A stretch of 63,354 bases of DNA, taken from contig VMDH01000034.1 in assembly GCA_008080945.1 (NCBI GenBank), forward strand, positions 1 to 63,354. The letters run 5' to 3'. The notes under the pieces were generated by a model. That model worked only from the letters and a program-made list of their open reading frames with translations, did not search any database and was not told the origin of the DNA. Position 1 is the first letter of the stretch; each line of letters begins with the position of its first letter. Shown here piece by piece: positions 39,002-46,560 of the stretch. This DNA is from Gammaproteobacteria bacterium (lineage in GTDB: Bacteria > Pseudomonadota > Gammaproteobacteria > Magnimaribacterales > D2472). A program made the translations under genes and the position numbers.

Positions 39002-39736
39002 ATGATTAATGCAGTTGCAAATTGGAAACTCAATGGTTCAGCTAGCTTTTGCCATGATTGGTTTGATGAGTTTAATGAAAACTTCCATGGAGATCGCTCC
39101 GCAGTTGCTATTGCGCCTCCAGCAATTTATATCCCTTTATGTAATGAATTAAAGCAGAGTAATTTAAATATTTGTGCTCAAAATTTAGATTTTTCTAATG
39201 AGACCGCTAGAACAGGTGAAATATCTCTTGAGATGCTTACAGATATGAATTGTAGTATGTCCATAATCGGTCACTCAGAACGCCGCAATATTTTCGGGGA
39301 AACCTCTGAGACAATTAAAAACAAGTTAGATAAGGTAGCTAGGCATACTTTTACTTCAATATATTGCATAGGCGAGAGTCTTGCTGAATATGATTCTGGT
39401 AAATCCTTGGAGGCAATCAAAAATCAACTTGATAATGAGTTATTAGCTCTAAATACAAATATTAAACTGTATATTGCCTATGAACCAATTTGGGCAATTG
39501 GATCTGGTAAGCTTCCCTCAACCCAAGAAATTGAATCCATGCATGGCTTTATCAAAGAAACACTTTCTTTAAGCGCAAAAATAAAACTTTTGGGCATTTT
39601 TTATGGAGGAAGTGTATCTGAGGAAAATTCTCAGGAGCTATCTAAATCAGAATTGATTGATGGAGTTCTTGTAGGAGGTGCTTCCCTAAATGGTAAATCT
39701 TTTGCTAAAATCGCATCCTCATTTGATAAGGTTTAA
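39002..39736 (+). CDS. tpiA: Triosephosphate isomerase
   Basis: 244 aa with ANWKLNGS, IIGHSERR, AYEPIWAIGSG and GGASL. glmM-tpiA-secG order as in Pseudomonas. Confidence 0.9.
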   Translation: MINAVANWKLNGSASFCHDWFDEFNENFHGDRSAVAIAPPAIYIPLCNELKQSNLNICAQNLDFSNETARTGEISLEMLTDMNCSMSIIGHSERRNIFGETSETIKNKLDKVARHTFTSIYCIGESLAEYDSGKSLEAIKNQLDNELLALNTNIKLYIAYEPIWAIGSGKLPSTQEIESMHGFIKETLSLSAKIKLLGIFYGGSVSEENSQELSKSELIDGVLVGGASLNGKSFAKIASSFDKV

Positions 39737-39739
39737 GAA

Positions 39740-40039
39740 ATGTTAATTACTGCAATAAAGGTTCTTACTGTAATACTAGCTATCCTTTTGGTTGTGCTCA
39801 TTATTTTACAGCAAGGCAAGGGCTCAGATCTTGGTTCGGCTTTTGGTGGAGGTTCATCTAATTCAATATTTGGAGCAGTGGGTCCAGCAGATTTTTTGGG
39901 TAAACTAACTTCTTTTATTGCTGCAGCCTTTTTGATACTAACATTTGCACATGCTTATATTCAAAAACAAGAAAACACTCAGGAGCTCTTTGATTTAGAA
40001 GAGTTAGCTGAAGAAGTTCCAATACTTCCTAATCAGTAA
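39740..40039 (+). CDS. secG: Preprotein translocase subunit SecG
   Basis: 99 aa with two TM segments around the Gly-rich loop QQGKGSDLGSAFGGGSSNSIFG. Confidence 0.88.
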   Translation: MLITAIKVLTVILAILLVVLIILQQGKGSDLGSAFGGGSSNSIFGAVGPADFLGKLTSFIAAAFLILTFAHAYIQKQENTQELFDLEELAEEVPILPNQ

Positions 40040-40436
40040 TTTTTTTCTTTACTCTTAAAAGTTGAATGTGAAGCATTACTATTGCAGCAGCACCGCTTAG
40101 CAATAAGATGTTTGCTAAATTTGAGCTCGAAAAGCTATCCAACAATAGGCCGCTAAGCAAACAAAAGACACCTATGCTCAAAATAAGCTTAATAAACCCA
40201 CTTATTCGAGTAGATTTTTTTAAAACTGCATATGCAAACATCAGAGAAATTATCCCTAGGGCAACACTAGCTAATATAAATATTGCATGAATTTGAGGAT
40301 TATCGAGAAAGCTTAGATATAAAAAAGAAGAAGCTGAGTAGCCTGCTAAAAAAAATAAAGTACCTAAACAATGCAAAAAGCATGTGCTTGCGATTGCAAT
40401 ACCAGCGTAATCAAGGCTGACAAATTTTTTTACCAT
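40029..40436 (-). CDS. Small 4-TM membrane protein, MerC-like (tentative)
   Basis: 135 aa with four hydrophobic helices. The first carries the Cys pair STCFLHCLG, reminiscent of MerC-domain proteins. Family assignment is from memory only. Confidence 0.4.
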   Translation of the reverse strand: MVKKFVSLDYAGIAIASTCFLHCLGTLFFLAGYSASSFLYLSFLDNPQIHAIFILASVALGIISLMFAYAVLKKSTRISGFIKLILSIGVFCLLSGLLLDSFSSSNLANILLLSGAAAIVMLHIQLLRVKKKITD

Positions 40437-40462
40437 AATGTTATATTATAACATAACACATA

Positions 40463-40549
40463 TGGTGCCGAAAGCGGGACTTGAACCCGCACGAGCATTC
40501 GCTCACTACCCCCTCAAGATAGCGTGTCTACCAATTCCACCACTTCGGC
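40463..40549 (-). tRNA. leuU: tRNA-Leu (anticodon GAG)
   Basis: The reverse complement reads GCCGAAGTGGTGGAATTGGTAGACACGCTATCTTGAGGGGGTAGTGAGCGAATGCTCGTGCGGGTTCAAGTCCCGCTTTCGGCACCA. Anticodon loop is TTGAGGG, with a long variable arm and encoded CCA. Near-identical in layout to E. coli leuU. Confidence 0.93.
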
Positions 40550-40558
40550 AGTTGGAGA

Positions 40559-40564
40559 ATTATA
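40559..40564 (-). promoter_or_regulatory. Candidate -10 box (TATAAT) for tRNA-Leu
   Basis: On the minus strand a perfect TATAAT lies 9 nt upstream of the mature tRNA-Leu 5' end, preceded by A-rich sequence. The -35 is poor. Confidence 0.35.
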
Positions 40565-40607
40565 GCAATAGATAAGAATTATGCGATCTTTGGTTTTATG
40601 ATTTTAC

Positions 40608-40635
40608 TTGACCAAATTGGTATGTATTCTATAAA
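40608..40635 (+). promoter_or_regulatory. Candidate sigma70 promoter of the tRNA-fMet/rimP-nusA-infB operon
   Basis: TTGACC (40608-40613), a 16-nt spacer, then TATAAA (40630-40635). This ends 15 nt before the tRNA 5' end. Same position as the metY promoter in E. coli. Confidence 0.45.
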
Positions 40636-40650
40636 CTTCTTCCTCTGCGA

Positions 40651-40727
<77 letters not shown>

Positions 40728-40745
40728 GTAGACATAAGTTTTGAT

Positions 40746-40768
40746 GGGGCTTTAAGCCCCGTTTTTAT
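40746..40768 (+). terminator. Intrinsic terminator/attenuator-like hairpin after tRNA-fMet
   Basis: GGGGCT-TTA-AGCCCC (40746-40760) followed by GTTTTTAT. It lies between the tRNA and the rimP ATG (40776), so it must allow read-through if rimP-nusA share the promoter. Confidence 0.5.
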
Positions 40769-40775
40769 ATGAGAA

Positions 40776-41267
40776 ATGTTTGAAAGTAATTTAACAAATA
40801 TAGTAGAACCTTTAGTTCAGGGAAATGGCTGCGAGCTTTGGGGTATAGATTTGATTAGAGGAAAATCTAAACCAATTGTACGCGTATATATTGATGCTAT
40901 TGGAGGCGCTACCATTGAAGATTGTGAGAAGGTTTCCAATGATATTAATTTTGAACTGCCAATTGACAGTGATTTCATTGATTTTGACTATATCTTAGAA
41001 GTTTCTACTCCTGGCTTGGAAAGAAAATTCTTTTCTGCTAATCAGATGAAAAACTATCTAGGTGAGAATGTCTTAATCAAATTTAAAGAGAGCAATCATA
41101 CACTTCATGGTAAGAAACTATTAACTCTTGTTGACGTTGTAGAAAGTGACATTGTCCTTGAGGATGATGATGGCAATAATCACACTGTGCCATTTAACAA
41201 TATCCACACCTGTAATTTATCGCCTGATTTTCAGGCACTATTGAGGGAAAAAAATGAAAAGCATTGA
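40776..41267 (+). CDS. rimP: Ribosome maturation factor RimP
   Basis: 163 aa with VRVYID, LEVSTPGLERKF and a C-terminal Sm-like part. Conserved metY-rimP-nusA order. Confidence 0.9.
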   Translation: MFESNLTNIVEPLVQGNGCELWGIDLIRGKSKPIVRVYIDAIGGATIEDCEKVSNDINFELPIDSDFIDFDYILEVSTPGLERKFFSANQMKNYLGENVLIKFKESNHTLHGKKLLTLVDVVESDIVLEDDDGNNHTVPFNNIHTCNLSPDFQALLREKNEKH

Positions 41268-42720
41268 GATTTTAGCGGTAGTTGAATCCGTTTCAAATGA
41301 AAAAGGCTTAGAAGAAGAAGTGATTTTTGAGGCAATTGAAGCTGCAATTGCAAGCGCTTCTATAAGGCATTTTCATGAGGATGCCGAGCTACAGGTAGAG
41401 ATTGATAGAAATGAGGGAACATACAAGACTTTTAGATTTTTTAATGTTACTAATGAAGATGATCCAGAGTTTCATCCTGAAAGCCATATTTCTCCTGAAT
41501 CTGCAGGATTAGATCTCGGCGAAGTTTTTAAAACTGAGGTAGACAATGTTGCTTTTGGCAGGATTGAAACTCAAGCTGCCCGTCAAGTGATGATGCAAAA
41601 GGTAAGAGAGGCAGAAAGGGAAAATATTGTTTCTGCATACAGATCTCAAAATAACTCGTTGTTAAGTGGCGTGGTTAAGAGAGTAACCAGAGATAACATT
41701 ATTGTAGAAATCAATAATGATGTTGAAGCGATCTTACCAAGAGACCAGCTCCTTCCAGGTGAGATATATAAATTGAATGATCGAATCAGGGCAGTCTTAC
41801 AAATTAAAGAAATTGAGGGCAGGGGAGCACAATTGCTATTAAGTAGATCATGCCCAGAAATGGTAACAGAGCTTTTTAGAATTGAAGTTCCGGAGATTAA
41901 TGAAGATGTCATTGAAATTAGAGGTATTGCTAGAGATGCTGGTTCTCGTTCAAAAATATCTGTAAAGACAAATGACGGTAGGATAGATCCAGTTGGAGCA
42001 TGTGTGGGAATGCGTGGTTCCAGAGTGCAAGCAGTTTCGAATGAATTAGGCAATGAGAGAATAGATATTATTGTTTACGAAGATAATCCAGCTCAAATGG
42101 TGATAAATGCTTTATCCCCTGCGAAGGTTGAATCAATAACTATGGATGAAGATGCTAGATCAATGGAGCTTGCTGTTAATGAAGATAATCTTGCTCTTGC
42201 CATTGGCTCAAGAGGACAAAATATTAGACTTGCATCCCGTTTGGTTGGATGGGAGTTAAATATTATTTCTAGTGATGAAGCAAAGGCCAAAGAAGTTGTA
42301 CTAGAGACTGAAATTCAAGCAAAACTTATGGAAGGATTAAGCATTTCTGAAGAGACTGCTGAAAAATTATTGAATAATGGGTTTAGCACCTTTGATGCTA
42401 TCACTTATGCTGATAATCAAGACCTAATTTCTTGCACCGAATTGTCTGAGGAAGAAGTTGAAAATATTAAAACACTTTCAGCAGATGCTGCGTTGATGGA
42501 AGCAATGGGAGAACTAACAGCAGAAGAGGACAACCTTTCTGCTTTAATAGACCTAGGATTCTCAGAAGACCAAATTAATCAACTGGCTGAAAATAAAGTT
42601 AAGACGGTTGATGATGTGGCAGAACTTGCTGTTGATGAACTGCTTGAGATTGTAAAGATTGATAGCAAGATTGCATCGGAGATTATTATGAAGGCAAGAG
42701 CTTCATGGTTTGAGAATTAA
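41254..42720 (+). CDS. nusA: Transcription termination/antitermination factor NusA
   Basis: 488 aa with EILAVVESVSNEKG, S1 and two KH domains (ACVGMRGSRVQAVSNELGNERIDI, AIGSRGQNIRLASRLVGWELNI), and two acidic C-terminal HhH repeats. Confidence 0.96.
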   Translation: MKSIEILAVVESVSNEKGLEEEVIFEAIEAAIASASIRHFHEDAELQVEIDRNEGTYKTFRFFNVTNEDDPEFHPESHISPESAGLDLGEVFKTEVDNVAFGRIETQAARQVMMQKVREAERENIVSAYRSQNNSLLSGVVKRVTRDNIIVEINNDVEAILPRDQLLPGEIYKLNDRIRAVLQIKEIEGRGAQLLLSRSCPEMVTELFRIEVPEINEDVIEIRGIARDAGSRSKISVKTNDGRIDPVGACVGMRGSRVQAVSNELGNERIDIIVYEDNPAQMVINALSPAKVESITMDEDARSMELAVNEDNLALAIGSRGQNIRLASRLVGWELNIISSDEAKAKEVVLETEIQAKLMEGLSISEETAEKLLNNGFSTFDAITYADNQDLISCTELSEEEVENIKTLSADAALMEAMGELTAEEDNLSALIDLGFSEDQINQLAENKVKTVDDVAELAVDELLEIVKIDSKIASEIIMKARASWFEN

Positions 42721-42729
42721 TAAAAGATA

Positions 42730-45015
42730 ATGACTATAACTGTTAAAGATTTTTCAAAAGCCCTCAAGATAGATCCCTCTGTTTTATTGGAGCGAATGAA
42801 AGCTGCCGGTCTAGACCATGCTAGGGATACCGATGAGGTAACCCCCCAAGATAAACAAAAATTACTTTTATTTTTAAAAGAAAAAAAATCTTCTTCAGTT
42901 TCAACCTCTGAGTCTGGTGTAACAATTAAAAGCAAAGGTTCAGTTACTCCTAAAAGACAAGTACAGCAACAATCATTTACCGATAATATCGAGGCAAAGA
43001 GAAGGGCTGCAGCTGAGCAATTAAAAGAGCACCAACAAAAAAGGGAAGATCAGATAAAAGAGGCTATTAAGCAGAGACAAGAGCAAGAAAAAGAAGCCAG
43101 AATTAAGGCTGTGCAAGCTAAAAAGAATGCACCTACATCAAGACACAAGCCAAATATAGACATTGGCACACAACTTTCAAATGCTGCGAAGGAATATTCT
43201 AGAAAAGAAAAAGGTTTTGATTCTGATGGAGCTCATCAATTTTCAAAACCCACAGAATTTATTAAAAAAGATATCGAGATTCCTGAAACTATTTTTGTTG
43301 GTGAATTGGCAAAGCTTATGTCTCTTAAGGGTGGTGAGGTTGTGAAATCACTCATGTCGCTTGGTGTAATGGCAACAATAAATGATTCAATTGACCAGGA
43401 GACAGCAATCTTAGTAACTGAGGAAATTGGTCACAATCCAATCCCTCTTACCACGGAATCAGTTGAAGAGCAGATCATAGGGAACATTAACTATACAGAT
43501 GAACCTGTAAGCAGACATCCTGTTGTAACTGTAATGGGGCATGTTGATCATGGCAAAACTTCCCTATTAGACTTTATTCGAAAGTCAAAAGTTGCCGATG
43601 GAGAGGCTGGAGGTATTACACAGCACATTGGAGCATATCAAGTTAAAGCCAAGGATTCATTGATTACATTTATAGATACCCCTGGACATGCTGCTTTTTC
43701 AGCTATGAGAGCAAGAGGAGCTAATACAACTGATATTGTTATCCTAGTTGTAGCAGCAAATGATAGCGTCATGCCCCAAACTGAAGAGGCTATTAACCAT
43801 GCTAAGGCTGCTGGTGTTTCAATTGTGGTTGCCGTTAATAAGATTGATCTTGCTGATGCAGATGTCGATAAAGTAAAGGGTGATCTCGCTTCTAAGGATT
43901 TAATTCCGGAAGATTGGGGAGGAAGCATCCAAGTTATTCCTGTATCAGCACATACTGGTGAAGGTGTTGACAATCTATTAGATTCTCTAATCCTAGAGTC
44001 AGAAATGCTTGAACTAAAAGCTCATGTAAAAGGTTCAGCTCAAGGAGTTTGTATTGAATCAGAGCTAGATAAATTTAGAGGAGCTGTCGCTACTTTATTA
44101 ATTCAAAATGGAACCCTCTTTCAAGGAGACATAATAGTTTGCGGCACTGCTTTTGGGAAAGTAAAGAACATAAGCGATGCCGAAACCCAAAAATTAAAAT
44201 CCGCAGGTCCATCGGATGCTGTTGAGGTTTTAGGTTTAAATAGCGTTCCTAATGCTGGAGATCCATTCCAAGTTGTTCAATCTGAAAAAGAAGCAAAAGA
44301 AATTATTGAATACCGAGAAACTAAACTTAAGAACAAAAAAGTACTTAAGCATAAAGATGAAGCTCTAGGGAATCTGTTTGACTCCATGGGAGGCGGCCAA
44401 AAGAAAGCTCTTCACATTGTTTTAAAATCCGATGTTGCTGGCACTAGTGAAGCTATTTCATCTGCATTGCAAGATGTTGGAAATGATGAAGCCTATATAA
44501 AAGTTGTTGCAGCAGGTGTTGGAGGTATATCAGAGTCTGATGTAAATCTAGCGCTTGCAACTGAATCCATAATTTTTGGATTTAATGTCAGAGCTGATAA
44601 TGCTGCAAAGAAATTAATCGAAGAAAATGAAATGGTTCTTGATTACCACAGCATTATCTACGAACTTATTGATGATGCTAAGCAAAGACTTTCTGGTCTT
44701 CTTGATCCAGTTATAAAAGAAGAGATTGTTGGTAATGCGCAAGTATTGGAGGTATTTAATTCTCCAAAATTTGGTCAAGTTGCTGGTTGCCAAGTCATAG
44801 AAGGCAGTGTCTTAAGAAATAAGCCTGTCAGGGTATTAAGGGACAATGTTGTTATACATCAAGGTGAGCTTGATTCCTTAAGAAGATTTAAAGATGATGT
44901 TAGTGAAGTAAAATCAGGTACAGAATGCGGAATAGGCATCAAGAATTATAAAGATATAAAACCAGGCGATGTAATAGAAGTCTTTGATAGAAAGGAAGAG
45001 CAACAAACCCTCTAA
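42730..45015 (+). CDS. infB: Translation initiation factor IF-2
   Basis: 761 aa with G-domain motifs GHVDHGKTSLLD, DTPGH and NKID, and a charged Lys/Glu/Gln-rich N-terminal region. Confidence 0.96.
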   Translation: MTITVKDFSKALKIDPSVLLERMKAAGLDHARDTDEVTPQDKQKLLLFLKEKKSSSVSTSESGVTIKSKGSVTPKRQVQQQSFTDNIEAKRRAAAEQLKEHQQKREDQIKEAIKQRQEQEKEARIKAVQAKKNAPTSRHKPNIDIGTQLSNAAKEYSRKEKGFDSDGAHQFSKPTEFIKKDIEIPETIFVGELAKLMSLKGGEVVKSLMSLGVMATINDSIDQETAILVTEEIGHNPIPLTTESVEEQIIGNINYTDEPVSRHPVVTVMGHVDHGKTSLLDFIRKSKVADGEAGGITQHIGAYQVKAKDSLITFIDTPGHAAFSAMRARGANTTDIVILVVAANDSVMPQTEEAINHAKAAGVSIVVAVNKIDLADADVDKVKGDLASKDLIPEDWGGSIQVIPVSAHTGEGVDNLLDSLILESEMLELKAHVKGSAQGVCIESELDKFRGAVATLLIQNGTLFQGDIIVCGTAFGKVKNISDAETQKLKSAGPSDAVEVLGLNSVPNAGDPFQVVQSEKEAKEIIEYRETKLKNKKVLKHKDEALGNLFDSMGGGQKKALHIVLKSDVAGTSEAISSALQDVGNDEAYIKVVAAGVGGISESDVNLALATESIIFGFNVRADNAAKKLIEENEMVLDYHSIIYELIDDAKQRLSGLLDPVIKEEIVGNAQVLEVFNSPKFGQVAGCQVIEGSVLRNKPVRVLRDNVVIHQGELDSLRRFKDDVSEVKSGTECGIGIKNYKDIKPGDVIEVFDRKEEQQTL

Positions 45016-45018
45016 TTC

Positions 45019-45360
45019 ATGTCAGGTGAGCGAGTTTCTAGAGTAGAAGATTTCATCAGAAGGGAAATCTCTACAATCATTCTTCACGAAATCAATGATG
45101 AGCGCTTTAAAGCCTTTAATATTACTGCAGTTAGATGCAGCTCTGATCTAAGTTCAGCCAAAATATATTATAAACTGCCAAATCAAGCTCCTGATAAACC
45201 TATTCCAGAGGTAGCTTTAGAGAGATTTACATCTTTGCTTCGAACCAAACTTGCCAAATCACTCACCACTAGAAGAGTTCCAAGACTTATCCTTGAAGAG
45301 GACCAAGCTCTTGAAAACTTTGCTAGGATTTCAAGCTTGTTAGATTCTGTTAATGATTAG
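45019..45360 (+). CDS. rbfA: Ribosome-binding factor A
   Basis: 113 aa with RVSRVEDFIRREIS and VPRLILEEDQ. Follows infB. Confidence 0.9.
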   Translation: MSGERVSRVEDFIRREISTIILHEINDERFKAFNITAVRCSSDLSSAKIYYKLPNQAPDKPIPEVALERFTSLLRTKLAKSLTTRRVPRLILEEDQALENFARISSLLDSVND

Positions 45361-46192
45361 TGGAATTTTATTGCTAAATAAGCCCTCGGGTATATCTTCC
45401 AATCAAGCTCTTCAGAAAGCCAAAAAAATTCTTAAAGTATCAAAGGCAGGTCACTTTGGTACTCTTGATCCGCTTGCAGAGGGCCTTTTGATTATTGGGA
45501 TTAACAGTGGAACCAAGTTATCAAAATTTCTATTAAATGATTGTAAAGAATATGAAGCCACTATTCGTCTCGGAATATCTACAGACACAGATGATAGCGA
45601 AGGAAGAGTAATTACTGCTGATGATACTCAAATAAGTATTGAAACCCTGTTAGGGGCGTTAGATCAATTTAGGGGAGAGCAGACTCAAATTCCTCCAAAA
45701 TATTCTGCGATTAAAATACAAGGAAGAAAACTTTATGATTACGCAAGAAAGGGACAGGAAATCGACATTCAATCAAGAAAAGTTACTATTCATTTTCTTG
45801 AAGTTTTAGAATTTGAATACCCCAATCTTAAAATAAAGTTAAAAGTCTCTAAGGGGACTTATATAAGATCTATTGCTCGAGACCTTGGTTGCAAGTTAGG
45901 CGTGGGAGCTCACTTAACAAAATTAGTGAGAACAGGACAGGGTGATTTTGATTTGGTAAATGCAACTACTTTAGAAAACTTAGATGAACAAAAAATTTTA
46001 GATTTAGATAAAGTATTCTCCGAGACAAGCTGTATTGAGATATCCTCATCTCAACTAAAAGATCTTGAGCATGGCAGAAGACCTTCATTTAATAATTCTA
46101 ATAAAGGATTAGTGATTTTAAAGCATGCCAATAAGATTGCAGGATTAGCCAGAATAGATAACGGGGAATTAATTAAAGAATTCCTTGTTTAA
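45353..46192 (+). CDS. truB: tRNA pseudouridine-55 synthase
   Basis: 279 aa with GILLLNKPSGISS, catalytic Asp block GHFGTLDPLAEGLL, and KGTYIRSIARDLG. Overlaps rbfA by 8 nt. Confidence 0.92.
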   Translation: MISGILLLNKPSGISSNQALQKAKKILKVSKAGHFGTLDPLAEGLLIIGINSGTKLSKFLLNDCKEYEATIRLGISTDTDDSEGRVITADDTQISIETLLGALDQFRGEQTQIPPKYSAIKIQGRKLYDYARKGQEIDIQSRKVTIHFLEVLEFEYPNLKIKLKVSKGTYIRSIARDLGCKLGVGAHLTKLVRTGQGDFDLVNATTLENLDEQKILDLDKVFSETSCIEISSSQLKDLEHGRRPSFNNSNKGLVILKHANKIAGLARIDNGELIKEFLV

Positions 46193-46218
46193 TTTTTCAA
46201 TTAATAATAAGCTACACG

Positions 46219-46271
46219 CTCTAATTCTTCAGGTATACGTGGAATTAGAGAAATGAAGTATACCCAAGGAG
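46219..46271 (+). promoter_or_regulatory. rpsO 5' leader: S15-autoregulation-type hairpin/pseudoknot
   Basis: A 9-bp stem pairs CTCTAATTC (46219-46227) with GAATTAGAG (46242-46250). The 14-nt loop contains GGTATAC (46232-46238). That segment is perfectly complementary to GTATACC (46258-46264), which lies just 5' of the SD AAGGAG (46266-46271) and the ATG at 46278. Confidence 0.6.
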
Positions 46272-46277
46272 TAATAA

Positions 46278-46547
46278 ATGGCACTTTTAAAAGAAGAAAA
46301 GTCAAAAATAATTGAGAAATTTCAAACTGGTGAAAACGATACAGGATCTCCGGAAGTTCAAATAGCACTTCTCACAGAAAATATAAATAAACTGCAAAGC
46401 CACTTTAAGTCGCATAAAAAAGACCATCATTCAAGAACAGGCCTGATAAGGATGGTTAATCTAAGAAGAAAATTATTAGCCTATTTGAAAAGAAAAGATG
46501 TAGAAAAATATGCTTCTTTAATCAAGGAGCTAGGCCTGAGAGGATAG
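46278..46547 (+). CDS. rpsO: 30S ribosomal protein S15
   Basis: 89 aa with [39 protein letters not shown]. Confidence 0.97.
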   Translation: MALLKEEKSKIIEKFQTGENDTGSPEVQIALLTENINKLQSHFKSHKKDHHSRTGLIRMVNLRRKLLAYLKRKDVEKYASLIKELGLRG

Positions 46548-46560
46548 AAAGGAAAAATAA

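Noticed and set aside
46253-46315. Short upstream ORF (ATG at 46253, 20 codons) overlapping the rpsO start out of frame.
   Set aside because: It has no convincing SD. It lies within the pseudoknot region, which better explains the sequence conservation. It is probably fortuitous.
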